From contig OY762007.1 of assembly GCA_963665115.1 (NCBI GenBank), forward strand, positions 5,376,001 to 5,440,000: a stretch of DNA of 64,000 nt, read 5' to 3'. A program made the position numbers and the translations under genes. Source of the stretch: an uncultured Rivularia sp. (GTDB taxonomy: Bacteria > Cyanobacteriota > Cyanobacteriia > Cyanobacteriales > Nostocaceae). Position 1 is the stretch's first letter, and each line of letters opens with the position of its first letter. The notes beneath the pieces are model-generated. The model saw only the letters and a program-made list of their open reading frames with translations, had not been told where the DNA came from and searched no databases. Positions 20,020-29,958 of this stretch are shown in pieces.

Positions 20020-21126
20020 ATGAATAAATTATCATTTCCAAAATCACTAGCTTATTTATCTGTATTTGTTGCTGGGGCTGCTTTTACCTTGCCCGTCACT
20101 CAATTATTGCCAACTGAAGCTCTACAACAAGAGCAAAAAATAGCTCAGTTACCAGGTACTACTGCTCAAGCTGTTCCTAATAACTTTATCGCTACTGCGG
20201 TAGAAAAAACTGGTCCTGCGGTTGTCCGAATCGATTCGACTCGTACTTCTACCAGAGGAAGACGCTCAAGACAAGCAAGCGGAATAGGTTCTGGATTTAT
20301 CATTAATTCAAACGGAACTATCCTTACCAACGCTCATGTAGTCAAAGGTTCTTCTAAAGTTCGAGTGACTTTAGGTGATGGACGTAATTTAATGGGTGAA
20401 GTTGTCGGTTTAGACGATTTAACCGATGTTGCTGTAGTCAAGGTTTCGGCGAATAATTTGCCCAAAGTAGAAATAGGTAATTCCGAAAGTCTTAAACCTG
20501 GTGAATGGGCGATCGCCATTGGTAATCCTCTGGGATTGGACAATACCGTAACTGCTGGAATCATCAGCGGTACAGGGCGTTCGAGTGGAGTAATCGGTGC
20601 TGCTGACAAACGAGTTCGCTTTATCCAAACCGACGCAGCAATTAACCCCGGTAATTCCGGTGGTCCTTTGTTAAATCAACGCGGTGAAGTTATCGGTATA
20701 AATACTGCTATCATCGGACGCGCTCAAGGTTTAGGATTTGCAATTCCTATTAATAAAGCCCAACAAATAGCCAGTCAGTTAGTTGCGGGTGAAAAAGTAG
20801 CGCATCCTTACTTAGGTGTTCGCATGACGACATTAACTTCCGATTTGAAAGAAGATTTAAGTCGCGAACTTGGTTTAACTTTAGCTGCGAACAAAGGCAT
20901 CGTAATTGTAGACGTTGCTCGTAATTCTCCCGCAGCCAGAGCAGGTTTACGCCCTGGAGATGTAATCCAACAAATTGACGGGCAATCAGTAAAAACCGCA
21001 GACGATGTTCAATTAGCAGTAGAAAAAACAACAGTAGGCGGTAACGTGCAAGTAGCAGTTAATCGCGCTGGTAGAAACGTAAATATCCGAGTTCAACCCG
21101 GACAATTTCCAGTTTCTCAAGGCTAA
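20020..21126 (+). CDS. htrA: HtrA/DegP-family (HhoA/HhoB-like) serine protease with one PDZ domain
   Basis: GSGFII, TNAHVV, DVAVVK, IQTDAAINPGNSGGPL; N-terminal signal/TM; C-terminal PDZ. Confidence 0.95.
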   Translation: MNKLSFPKSLAYLSVFVAGAAFTLPVTQLLPTEALQQEQKIAQLPGTTAQAVPNNFIATAVEKTGPAVVRIDSTRTSTRGRRSRQASGIGSGFIINSNGTILTNAHVVKGSSKVRVTLGDGRNLMGEVVGLDDLTDVAVVKVSANNLPKVEIGNSESLKPGEWAIAIGNPLGLDNTVTAGIISGTGRSSGVIGAADKRVRFIQTDAAINPGNSGGPLLNQRGEVIGINTAIIGRAQGLGFAIPINKAQQIASQLVAGEKVAHPYLGVRMTTLTSDLKEDLSRELGLTLAANKGIVIVDVARNSPAARAGLRPGDVIQQIDGQSVKTADDVQLAVEKTTVGGNVQVAVNRAGRNVNIRVQPGQFPVSQG

Positions 21127-21152
21127 TTTCAATTTTGGATTGAATAATTAAT

Positions 21153-21327
21153 TGTAGGGTGTGTGACGCTTTTAGATATGCACGAAAGATACACCATATT
21201 TCATCTTTGTGAGGTACATTCGGACGGGCAGGGATGCCCATCCCACAAGAGTTTTGTAATATGAGACTATACCTCACTTATTTGCAAAGTACTGTAAATT
21301 AATATTTTGATCGAGCGTCACGCACCA
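21153..21327. repeat. Composite REP/MITE-like element downstream of htrA
   Basis: gtagggtgtgtgacgc ... gcgtcacgcacc ends with an internal gggcagggatgcccatcccac hairpin. Confidence 0.55.
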
Positions 21328-21433
21328 AGATTAATTTGTAACAACGATCAACCTAAATTCAAATTAATCTAAAATTCAAAATTCAAAATCGAACAAATTT
21401 CCACAATCACATTCAAGAGGTAAAAGATTATCT

Positions 21434-21934
21434 ATGAAACGCTTTGATGCTATAGCTATTGTTAGTACCGGCATCGTTAGCAGTTTACTGATATCATTAA
21501 GGGCTGCACCTGCATTCGGACAAGTAGAATCAATATCAAATGTTCGAGAAGAAAGAACATTACCGCTACAAAAAAATAGTAAATATCAACCAGTCGTATA
21601 CACCGCCGATGTTTCTTCCCAAAACAATGAGAATCAAATCGGTGACAATACTACAATATTAGGCTTAGCAGCAATGGGTATTGGTACTGCTGGCTTAATT
21701 TGGAGTTTCAACCGACAAAATAATAGAACATTATCGCCCCAATCCGGTAATCTGAGTCATGATATCTCAATAGAAAAAGCGAATCCGCGATTGAGAAAAG
21801 AATTACTCAGATTAGTTGGTGGCGATCGCCCAACAGCAAATCGATTAGTAGCTGGACTAAAAAAAAGCCATCCCGAAAAATCAATCAACTGGACAGTAGA
21901 AAAAGCAATTTACGATCTAGAGCGCGATAGGTAA
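21434..21934 (+). CDS. Hypothetical membrane protein (signal peptide, one TM, small C-terminal domain ending W..EKAIYDLERDR)
   Basis: 166-aa ORF with AGAGG upstream; follows htrA on the same strand. Confidence 0.75.
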   Translation: MKRFDAIAIVSTGIVSSLLISLRAAPAFGQVESISNVREERTLPLQKNSKYQPVVYTADVSSQNNENQIGDNTTILGLAAMGIGTAGLIWSFNRQNNRTLSPQSGNLSHDISIEKANPRLRKELLRLVGGDRPTANRLVAGLKKSHPEKSINWTVEKAIYDLERDR

Positions 21935-22076
21935 TAATAAGGTCAAAGGTTAGAGGTTAGAGGTTAAAGGTCAAAGGTAAATATTTATCATTACGACTCT
22001 TTCTTTAGTTACTTAATAAATCTATCAGCAATACATTTTTGCGCTCTAATAATTTAAATCGATTCCTTGCAGGATC

Positions 22077-22112
22077 AGCCTTTGCTAACCGTTACTTAGC
22101 AAAGGTTTTTTA
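22077..22112 (+). terminator. Rho-independent terminator
   Basis: agcctttgctaa-ccgttac-ttagcaaaggtt-tttt. Confidence 0.8.
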
Positions 22113-22191
22113 TTTGTAAGTTGTAAGTTGTTATTTATCAATGCCCAATTACCAATGCCCAATTACCAATGCCCAATTACCAATTCCTATT

Positions 22192-22224
22192 TGTCATATT
22201 GATGTCATATTGTTAATTCATACT
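22192..22224 (+). promoter_or_regulatory. Direct-repeat box promoter 3, upstream of the Spy/CpxP-like gene (TGTCATATT-ga-TGTCATATT-N7-CATACT)
   Basis: Same repeat, same 11-bp period and same 7-nt gap to the -10. Confidence 0.75.
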
Positions 22225-22264
22225 AAAAATAATCGAACTAACAAAAAGATTTGGGGCATTCAAA

Positions 22265-22591
22265 ATGAAGTCTAAATTAATGCCAATACTGGCTGCATCT
22301 GCTATTTTTACTCTTGCACTTCCTTTGGCTGCAAATGCTTGTGGAGACAAGAAGAATTTGACTCAAGCACAACGCGCTCAAATGGAACAAGTAAAAGACA
22401 ATGCTCGTTCTCAAGTTGAAGCCGTTTTAACTCCACAACAACAAGGAGAATTTCAAAGCGCTGTAGAAGACGGACAAAAAATGCGTTCTGCTGTAGCTAG
22501 CTTAAACCTTTCCGAGGAACAGCAAACTCAAGTAAACGAAATAATGAAAGTATCAAAAGAGCAAAAAAGAGCAATTTATCGCTCAAATTAA
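22265..22591 (+). CDS. Spy/CpxP-family (LTxxQ motif) periplasmic chaperone-like protein
   Basis: Signal peptide; LTQAQ, LTPQQ and LSEEQ motifs in a Q/E/K-rich helical protein. Confidence 0.8.
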   Translation: MKSKLMPILAASAIFTLALPLAANACGDKKNLTQAQRAQMEQVKDNARSQVEAVLTPQQQGEFQSAVEDGQKMRSAVASLNLSEEQQTQVNEIMKVSKEQKRAIYRSN

Positions 22592-22660
22592 CTAAACTCA
22601 AACTAAACAATAACTTTTTACAACGTTTCAACAATTCCCTTAGAAAATACTCTCAAATGT

Positions 22661-22693
22661 ACTCGATTTCCAATAGAAATCGGGTCTTTTTTT
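22661..22693 (+). terminator. Rho-independent terminator
   Basis: actcgatttc-caata-gaaatcgggt-cttttttt. Confidence 0.75.
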
Positions 22694-22876
22694 ATTGGGC
22701 ATAGGGGATTGGGCATGGGGCATTGAATAATAATAAGCACTCACTAATAAATTTTGAGTTAATAAGTAGGGTTTGCAAAATTCATTAAACAGTAATACAA
22801 GATATATAAATAATTTTGCTTACCTACTAACTCCTAACTTCCAATTCCTAACTATTCCCTATGCCCAATTCCCCAA

Positions 22877-23932
22877 TTAATCAAACCGTTCAATTATTCC
22901 ACCACCGAGGACTTTTTCACCGTCGTACCATACGGCTGCTTGCCCTGGGGTGATGCTAAATTGGGGTTCGTCAAATACGATTCTGACGCGGGAGTTTTCT
23001 AAAGGAATTACGGTAACTGGTACTGGTTGCGAACGATAGCGGATTTGAACTTCTGCACGAATTGGACTTGAAGGCTCTGCTATAGATACCCAATTTACTC
23101 GCGCTACGTTACATTCTGGATTGGTTGCTGTAGTGCGATCGCCAACTACTACCCGGTTAGCTCCTGCATCTAAACCAATTACATATAAAGGTTGTGAAAA
23201 GGCAATTCCCAATCCTTTGCGCTGTCCGATGGTGTAGTGATGCACGCCGTCATGTTCTCCCAATACCTTACCGTCAGCGTCTACAATTTCACCTTTTTTA
23301 GGAGCCAAATATTTATCTAGAAAAGCACGCATCGAACCGTTGCTTTCTACCAAACATAAATCTTGACTTTCTGGCTTATCGGCTGTTTGTAAATTGTATT
23401 CGGCAGCAATCCGACGGGTTTCCGATTTTTCTACTTCTCCCAGTGGAAAAACTGAACCGCTAAGTAAATCTTGCGACAAATCATATAAAAAATATGTCTG
23501 GTCTTTATTGCGGTCAAATGCACGCAGAAGTTCGTAACGTCTGGTGGTTTCGTTGTAATTAATGCGAGCGTAATGTCCTGTAGCTATTTTTTGAGAATCC
23601 AACTTTTCCCGCGCATATTCGAGCATCGGGCCAAACTTGACAGTTTTATTGCACTGCGAACAAGGTAAGGGCGTAACACCAGCACTGTAACCAGTAACCA
23701 GATAATCTACAATATTGCTTTGAAAGACATCCCGGATATCAACAACGTGATGGGGAACGCCCAGCTGTTCGCAGATATGAGCCGCGTCAACCATACCTTC
23801 AGAGCAACATTGACCTTTACCCTTCATTAGCCAAAGGGTAAGACCAATCACTTCATAGCCCCGATTGTTTAAAATGGCGGCTACAGCAGAACTGTCAACG
23901 CCACCGGAAAGACCTACTACGACTTTTTCCAT
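22877..23932 (-). CDS. mnmA: tRNA 2-thiouridine(34) synthase
   Basis: [46 protein letters not shown]. Confidence 0.97.
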   Translation of the reverse strand: MEKVVVGLSGGVDSSAVAAILNNRGYEVIGLTLWLMKGKGQCCSEGMVDAAHICEQLGVPHHVVDIRDVFQSNIVDYLVTGYSAGVTPLPCSQCNKTVKFGPMLEYAREKLDSQKIATGHYARINYNETTRRYELLRAFDRNKDQTYFLYDLSQDLLSGSVFPLGEVEKSETRRIAAEYNLQTADKPESQDLCLVESNGSMRAFLDKYLAPKKGEIVDADGKVLGEHDGVHHYTIGQRKGLGIAFSQPLYVIGLDAGANRVVVGDRTTATNPECNVARVNWVSIAEPSSPIRAEVQIRYRSQPVPVTVIPLENSRVRIVFDEPQFSITPGQAAVWYDGEKVLGGGIIERFD

Positions 23933-24105
23933 ATCCGTATAACTTGCTAGGCTGTTATTTCTAAGTTAACACTAGTAATTGCTACTACGCTTAACTCAGT
24001 TAATTCATTTTCAAAGTTATCTATATTATTATCTATTTCGGATTTAAGAAAATCATCCTTCTGATGAAAACTTACCCAAAGCATTACAGAGGGAAATCAA
24101 ATATT

Positions 24106-24280
24106 TAAGTACTTAGGCAAAATTAATTGTGTATTTGTCATTGCGAGTGGAACGAAGTGAAATGAAGCATTCACCGAAGGTGTGGATCATCGCGACACTT
24201 TGAGATTACTATGTCCTATCGGACACGCTTCGCTAACGCTGTCGCTCGTAATGACACAATTAATTTTGCAGACCCACTTA
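24106..24280. mobile_element. MITE-like element with nested palindromes (shorter relative at 22763-22830)
   Basis: Ends taagt...gcaaaattaattgtgt / acacaattaattttgc...actta. Inner gtcattgcgag...ctcgtaatgac and acacgcttcgctaacg. Confidence 0.65.
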
Positions 24281-24426
24281 CCATAGCTAAAGGCAGAGTG
24301 AGGTTTTTCGGTAAGTAATCAATATAATTGATACCATAATATTTTTTACAAGTAATTACGCGGACATGATATTAATTCGTGGGAATAATCTAAAATCTAA
24401 AATCCAAAATTTAACGAGTACTACTT

Positions 24427-25128
24427 ATGTTTAATAAACTTTCCAACTTGATTCGACCTTCTTTAATTGCCTATTCCTTACTAGGAAGCTGTTTAACCCT
24501 CATCTCTATTACACCGACGCAAGCCAAAACTCCTAAAAACTCTCAAAAATTAGCACAAATACAATACGCTCAAAACGAATTCGATTTTAATTCACAATTC
24601 AATCCAAATTCCGAAAGCTATTTAGTGATTGTAGATAATGCTGACCCTAATTTACTTCAACAAGTACGCATTGTTGAACCTACCGCTTTTGCAGGTGACT
24701 TTCTAGGACGTTCTGTCATCCAAGCAGGAGTATTCAGACAGTTAAACAATGCTCAAGAAAGAATTAGACAGCTACAAGCTTACGGTGTCGGTTCCCGCAT
24801 CTACAGCCAGAATACTGGCAGAGAAATCGCTAATTCCTATGATGGCAATTTTTCTCCTACCGATCCTATTGCCAGAAATAATAATAGAACAGAAAAGACT
24901 AAATATTACTATGTAGCCATTCCAGACAAACCCGACAAACTATTTCAAATTGAAAACCAAATTAAGCAAAGTGCCGGAGGAAACACCGTAGGAGTATTCG
25001 TCAGAAACGCTCCCAGAGGACCTCACGTAGCAGTAGGCCCTTTTGCAGGACGTTTACAAGCCGAACAGTGGCACTACTATATACGTTCTCTAGGATTGAA
25101 TAACGCTAGAGTTTATTACGGAAAATAG
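24427..25128 (+). CDS. Secreted hypothetical protein with two SPOR-like repeats
   Basis: Signal peptide; VIQAGVF...NAQERIRQL and HVAVGPF..R.QAE motifs. Confidence 0.7.
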   Translation: MFNKLSNLIRPSLIAYSLLGSCLTLISITPTQAKTPKNSQKLAQIQYAQNEFDFNSQFNPNSESYLVIVDNADPNLLQQVRIVEPTAFAGDFLGRSVIQAGVFRQLNNAQERIRQLQAYGVGSRIYSQNTGREIANSYDGNFSPTDPIARNNNRTEKTKYYYVAIPDKPDKLFQIENQIKQSAGGNTVGVFVRNAPRGPHVAVGPFAGRLQAEQWHYYIRSLGLNNARVYYGK

Positions 25129-25285
25129 AGAATTGGGGATAGGGGATAGGGGATAGGGGATAGGGCATTGGGCATTGGGCATTGGGCATTGGAGACAAGG
25201 AGACAAGGAGACAAGGTAGAATTCTAATTGGTAACTGGTAACTCCTCACCTTTGACCTTTAACCTTTAACCTTTGACCTTTTCCA

Positions 25286-26927
25286 ATGTTTGATAACCGA
25301 GAATTAATTTCCCAAGTCGCAGTTACCGCAGCCCAAATGCGCGATATTGAAGCGCGTATCTTTGCAGCAGGAATGCCTGTAGCCGCTTTGATGGAAAAGG
25401 TAGCCGGACTTATTACTCATCGAATCGAAGAGACTATCGGACAAGAAGAATATGTAAAAAATATTTATTCTACCCCCTCTACCCCCTCTTCCCCCTCTTC
25501 CCCCTCTTCCCCCTCTACCCCCTCTCCCCCCTCCCCCACTCTCCGCGTCGGCATCCTCGCAGGGCCAGGTCATAATGGTGGTGATGCTTTAGTTGTTGCT
25601 CGCGAGTTATATTTTCGCGGATATGAAGTTAGCGTTTATTGTCCGATTTCTAAACTGAAGGAATTAACTTCGCAGCATTTACAATATGTCCGCAGTTTGG
25701 ATATTCCTTGTTATGAATCGGTTGAAAAGCTGCAAGATTGCGATTTTTTTGTTGATGGTTTATTTGGTTTTGGTTTGGAAAGAGATATTACCGAACCGAT
25801 CGCAAGTGCTGTCGATCAATTAAATCAATGGAATAAACCAATTTTTAGTATTGATGTTCCTTCTGGTTTACATACAGATACGGGAAAAATTCTGGGAGTC
25901 GGGGTTCGCGCTACCTACACTTTGTGTCTGGGTTTGTGGAAATTAGGTTTACTGGAAGATCAAGCCCTAGAATATATCGGTGAAGCTGAATTAATAGATT
26001 TTGATATTCAATACGCAGATGTACAAGCTGTATTAGGAACTCCCCAAATTAACCGCATCACAACAGCATCTGCACTTTCTACTCTTCCTTTACCCCGTCA
26101 ACAAGTAACTCACAAATATAAAGAAGGTCATTTACTGCTTGTTTGCGGTTCTCGTCGCTATTCGGGAGGTGCAATTTTAACTGGTTTGGGAGCGCGTGCT
26201 TCTGGTGTGGGAATGCTTTCTATTGCCGTACCGCAATCTCTGGCAAGTACGATGGTTTCACATTTACCTGAAGCGTTAATTATCGGTTGTCCAGAAACTG
26301 AAAGCGGCGCTATTGCTCAATTACAATTACCTGATAATACCGATTTAAATACCTTTGATGCGATCGCTTGCGGCCCCCGGCATAACGTTGGATGCTAATT
26401 TAATTTTACAAGAAATATTAGATAGCTCTAAGCCTTTACTCTTAGATGCCGATGGTTTAAATATTCTCGCGAGCATAGGAACCCGGCAAACACTGCAAAA
26501 ACGAACAGCATCAACCATACTTACTCCCCATCCTGGTGAATTTAAGCGGCTATTCCCAGATATCGAAAATGTTAACCAAAATAGAATTTCAGCAGTACGA
26601 GAAGCCGCAGAAAAATCTGGCGCAATAGTTTTATTAAAAGGTTCAAGAACTGCGATCGCGAATCCTCAAGGTTGCGTTTGGATTAATCCTCAAAGTACCC
26701 CAGCTTTAGCCCGTGGGGGTAGTGGTGATGTGTTGACTGGATTACTTGGTGGATTAATGGCGCAAGCTGTATCGCGTAATTTATCTGTAGAAAAAATGGT
26801 TGCAACTGCTGCATGGTGGCACGGTAGGGCAGGCATTCTAGCCGCTCAAGAACGTACTCAGTTAGGGGTAGATGCTTTTACTTTGACCCAATATCTCATG
26901 TCCGTTTTAACATCAGTGAAGAAATAA
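25286..26927 (+). CDS. nnr: Bifunctional NAD(P)HX epimerase/dehydratase (YjeF N+C); apparent +1 frameshift at 26374-26378
   Basis: GPGHNGGD, DGLFGFG, IDVPSG, HKY..G, GPG, DADGL, TPHPGEF, LARGGSGDVLTG. Confidence 0.93.
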
Positions 26928-26962
26928 TTATTAAGCCGAGTCATCTTTATAATCGATTAAAA

Positions 26963-27202
26963 TTATGAGTTACACACCATGCGCGACTGAGCTAAATCGC
27001 GGATTAATGGTACGCGGGAGCTAATATATGTACTCATTTCGTTAATTTGTTCGCCAGTAAGTAACTTCTTGTTTTCTAATTGCTTGAGCAGCTGTCCAAT
27101 TAAGTCTGTGTCATTCAAACTTAAAATCGTCTTTGTTTCGGTTTCTTCAATCACCGACCATACATGACGCATTGTAACTGCTCGCTCTCTAAGTCCTAAC
27201 AT
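26963..27202 (-). CDS. Small hypothetical protein
   Basis: 79-aa ORF with W.VIEET...L.L.DTDL...YI.SR.PLIRDLA, a pattern resembling small cyanobacterial proteins. Confidence 0.7.
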   Translation of the reverse strand: MLGLRERAVTMRHVWSVIEETETKTILSLNDTDLIGQLLKQLENKKLLTGEQINEMSTYISSRVPLIRDLAQSRMVCNS

Positions 27203-27614
27203 CGCTTTATCATTCCAAATCTAAATTAAATATTCAATTCTTAACCCTAACCTACAGTAGATGATTAAAGAAGTTCAGCCCTGTAAAAGAATGCTTCTTA
27301 TCATGCAGGTTAGTTAAACAACCTAAAGAAAATATTAAGCCTAAAATCTAAAGAAAATCTTAAAATTTACAATACGTAACCAATTAGATGAGAATCTAGA
27401 CAATCAGTTACATAAATAAATTTTTTCGAGGTTACTTACTTTAAAGACCTTTAAGTTTTAAACGAGGACAGCTTATATAAAGTCCTTGAATATATAAAAA
27501 GAAGCGTTAACTACAATTTTATGATGGTTGCCGCTTTTTATTTATAAGAGTTGAGTATTGATTGTATGGGATAAATTTATTAATCTTCCAAACGTCCAAA
27601 CGAAAGCCCCGCCA

Positions 27615-27824
27615 GGGAGTAGGGAGTAGGGAGTAGGGAGTAGGGAGTAGGGAGTAGGGAGTAGGGAGTAGGAAGTAGGGAGTAGGAAGTAGGGAGTAGG
27701 GAGTAGGGAGTAGGGAGTAGGGAGTAGTAAGTAAAAAAATTACCAATTACCAATTACCAATTACCAATTACCAATGCCCAATTACCAATTACCAATTACC
27801 AATTCCCAATGCCCAATGCCCAAT
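27615..27824. repeat. STRR tracts: (GGGAGTA)n followed by (ATTACCA/ATGCCCA)n
   Basis: About 16 tandem GGGAGTA units, then about 12 ATTACCA-type units. Confidence 0.9.
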
Positions 27825-27929
27825 TAATAAGTATGTTTTCAAGTATTTGTCAGTTTGAATACTGCGAACAATAACTTAAATAGTTGACACTGAGTATATA
27901 TATATAGTGCAACTTTTTTTAATAACGAT

Positions 27930-29931
27930 ATGACCGATATCAAGGATTTTCGACGGTTAAATACTTCCGATAGAGGAATCACTCCAGCGCTGACGAGTTT
28001 TCTTGAAGATTTATATGACTTTTATCAACCCCTTAATGAAGGAACGGTTGCACAGAATATACCGGAGTTGGCTAAAGCTAACCCGGATTGGTTTGGAATC
28101 TGTGCGGTTGATGTGGATGGTAAGGTTTTCGATATCGGTCATACTACGCAGGATTTTAGTATACAGTCAATTTCTAAGCCTTTTGTGTATGGGTTGGCTT
28201 TGGAAGATTGGGGTAAGGATTACGTACTCGAACGTATTGGTGTGGAACCAACTGGGGAACCTTTCAACTCGATTATGGAACAGCAGGAAATATGGCGACG
28301 ACGCTATAACCCAATGGTAAATGCGGGTGCGATTGTGACTACCAGTTTAATCAAAGGTTCGGATGCCGCTCAACGTTACAATCGTTTGCTGGAGATGTTT
28401 CGACGCTACATTGGTAGAAATGTATCTATTGATTTGGGAGTATGTAACTCTAAGCAAACCAGCGACCATCTTAATAGGGCGATCGCCTACATGATGCTGA
28501 ATTTCGGTTTAATTGAAGGAGATATTAATGAGATTATTAATCTGTATTTCCAACAGTGTTCTTTAACTATTAACTGTCACGATTTAGCCGTGATGGCGGC
28601 GACTTTAGCGAATGTTGGCTTAAACCCGATGACGGGAGAGCGAGCTATAGATAAAAAGTACGTCAAAAATATACTCAGTATAATGTATACCTGCGGACTG
28701 TATGAATTTTCAGGTCAGTGGGCTTACAAAATTGGTTTACCGGCAAAGAGCGGTTTGTCGGGTGCAATTATCGGAGTTGTTCCCAATCAAATGGGCATAG
28801 CTGTATTTTCTCCTCCTTTGGATCAACGTAAAAAAAGTTGGAGAGGCGTGAAAGTTTTTGAAGCACTTTCAAAAGAATTTGGACTGCATATTTTTACTAC
28901 CGACAACGAAGATTCCGGTATACAACAGCGGAAAGTTCACTTCACCGATCCATCAACTCCGCAGATTCCTACTCAACCAACCATAAAGACTCAATTAAAT
29001 CTACCTTCAAAATCGTTGACTGAATTTTTGCGGGAATTACATTACAAATATCTTCCTTTAAGAGATGGAAAAGTTTATGTTAGCGAACCTGGTTTAAAAG
29101 AAATTAATCCCGATTGGTTTGCTATCTGCATCGCAACTATTGACGGACAAGTTTACACTGTAGGCAATTGGGAAGAGTCATTTTTAATTCAGTCAATATC
29201 AAAAGTTTTTGCTTACGGATTAGCACTTGAAGACAAAGGAAGAGATTACGTTTTAACCAAAGTTGATGTCGAACCAACCGGAGACGCTTACAATTCCATC
29301 ATTAAAGTAGAATCAAAATCCAAACGACCTTATAACAGTATGGTGAATACCGGAGCGATCGCCACCACCAGTTTAATCGAAGGAGCAGGCCCCCGGACAT
29401 AGACTCAAACGAATATTAGAAATGTACCATCGCTATATCGGACGTAGAGTTTTTGTAGACACACCTATACTCGTATCCGAACAAAATAATGGCGATCGCA
29501 ATTGGGCAATATCATATTTGCTGCGTAATTTTGGCATGATTTCTGGGGATATCAGTCAAACTCTGAGTTTATATCTTCAGCAGTGCAGCGTAATCATTAA
29601 CTGTCGAGATTTAGCATTAATGGGAGCGACTTTAGCAAATAATGGCGTAAATCCAGTTACCAAAGAACGAGCAATTAATTCTGGCTATGTGAAAGACATT
29701 CTCAGCGTCATGCATACCTGTGGGATGTACGATTTTGCTGGAGAATGGGTATATAAAGTTGGATTTCCCGCCAAAAGTGGAGTCGGTGGGGGAATTATTG
29801 GTGTAGTTCCCAATCAGATGGGAATTGCAGTTTTTTCTCCTCCTTTAGATTCTCGTGGTAACAGCGTTCGGGGAATTAAAGTTTGCGAAGAACTTTCAAA
29901 GTACTTGGGTTTACATATTTTCGCGCAATGA
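27930..29931 (+). CDS. glsA: Tandem double-domain glutaminase A-like protein (~666 aa); apparent +1 frameshift at 29390-29394
   Basis: Two copies each of QSISK, VEPTG..(F/Y)NSI, N.MVN.GAI, Y.QQCS, CG.Y.F.G.W, PAKSG and FSPPLD. Confidence 0.88.
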
Positions 29932-29958
29932 AAAGGGTTTTGTTATAAGTGGCTTTTA

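Noticed and set aside
25304..25573. RGG-repeat ORF antisense to nnr
   Set aside because: Antisense reading of the 9-mer repeat insertion; the RGG-box resemblance is coincidental.
27519..27746. ORF with (LLPTPYS)n repeats
   Set aside because: Translation of the GGGAGTA STRR tract.
27615..27824. Possible CRISPR array among the tandem repeats
   Set aside because: Units are 7-9 nt with no unique spacers and there are no cas genes; no CRISPR array was seen anywhere in the window.
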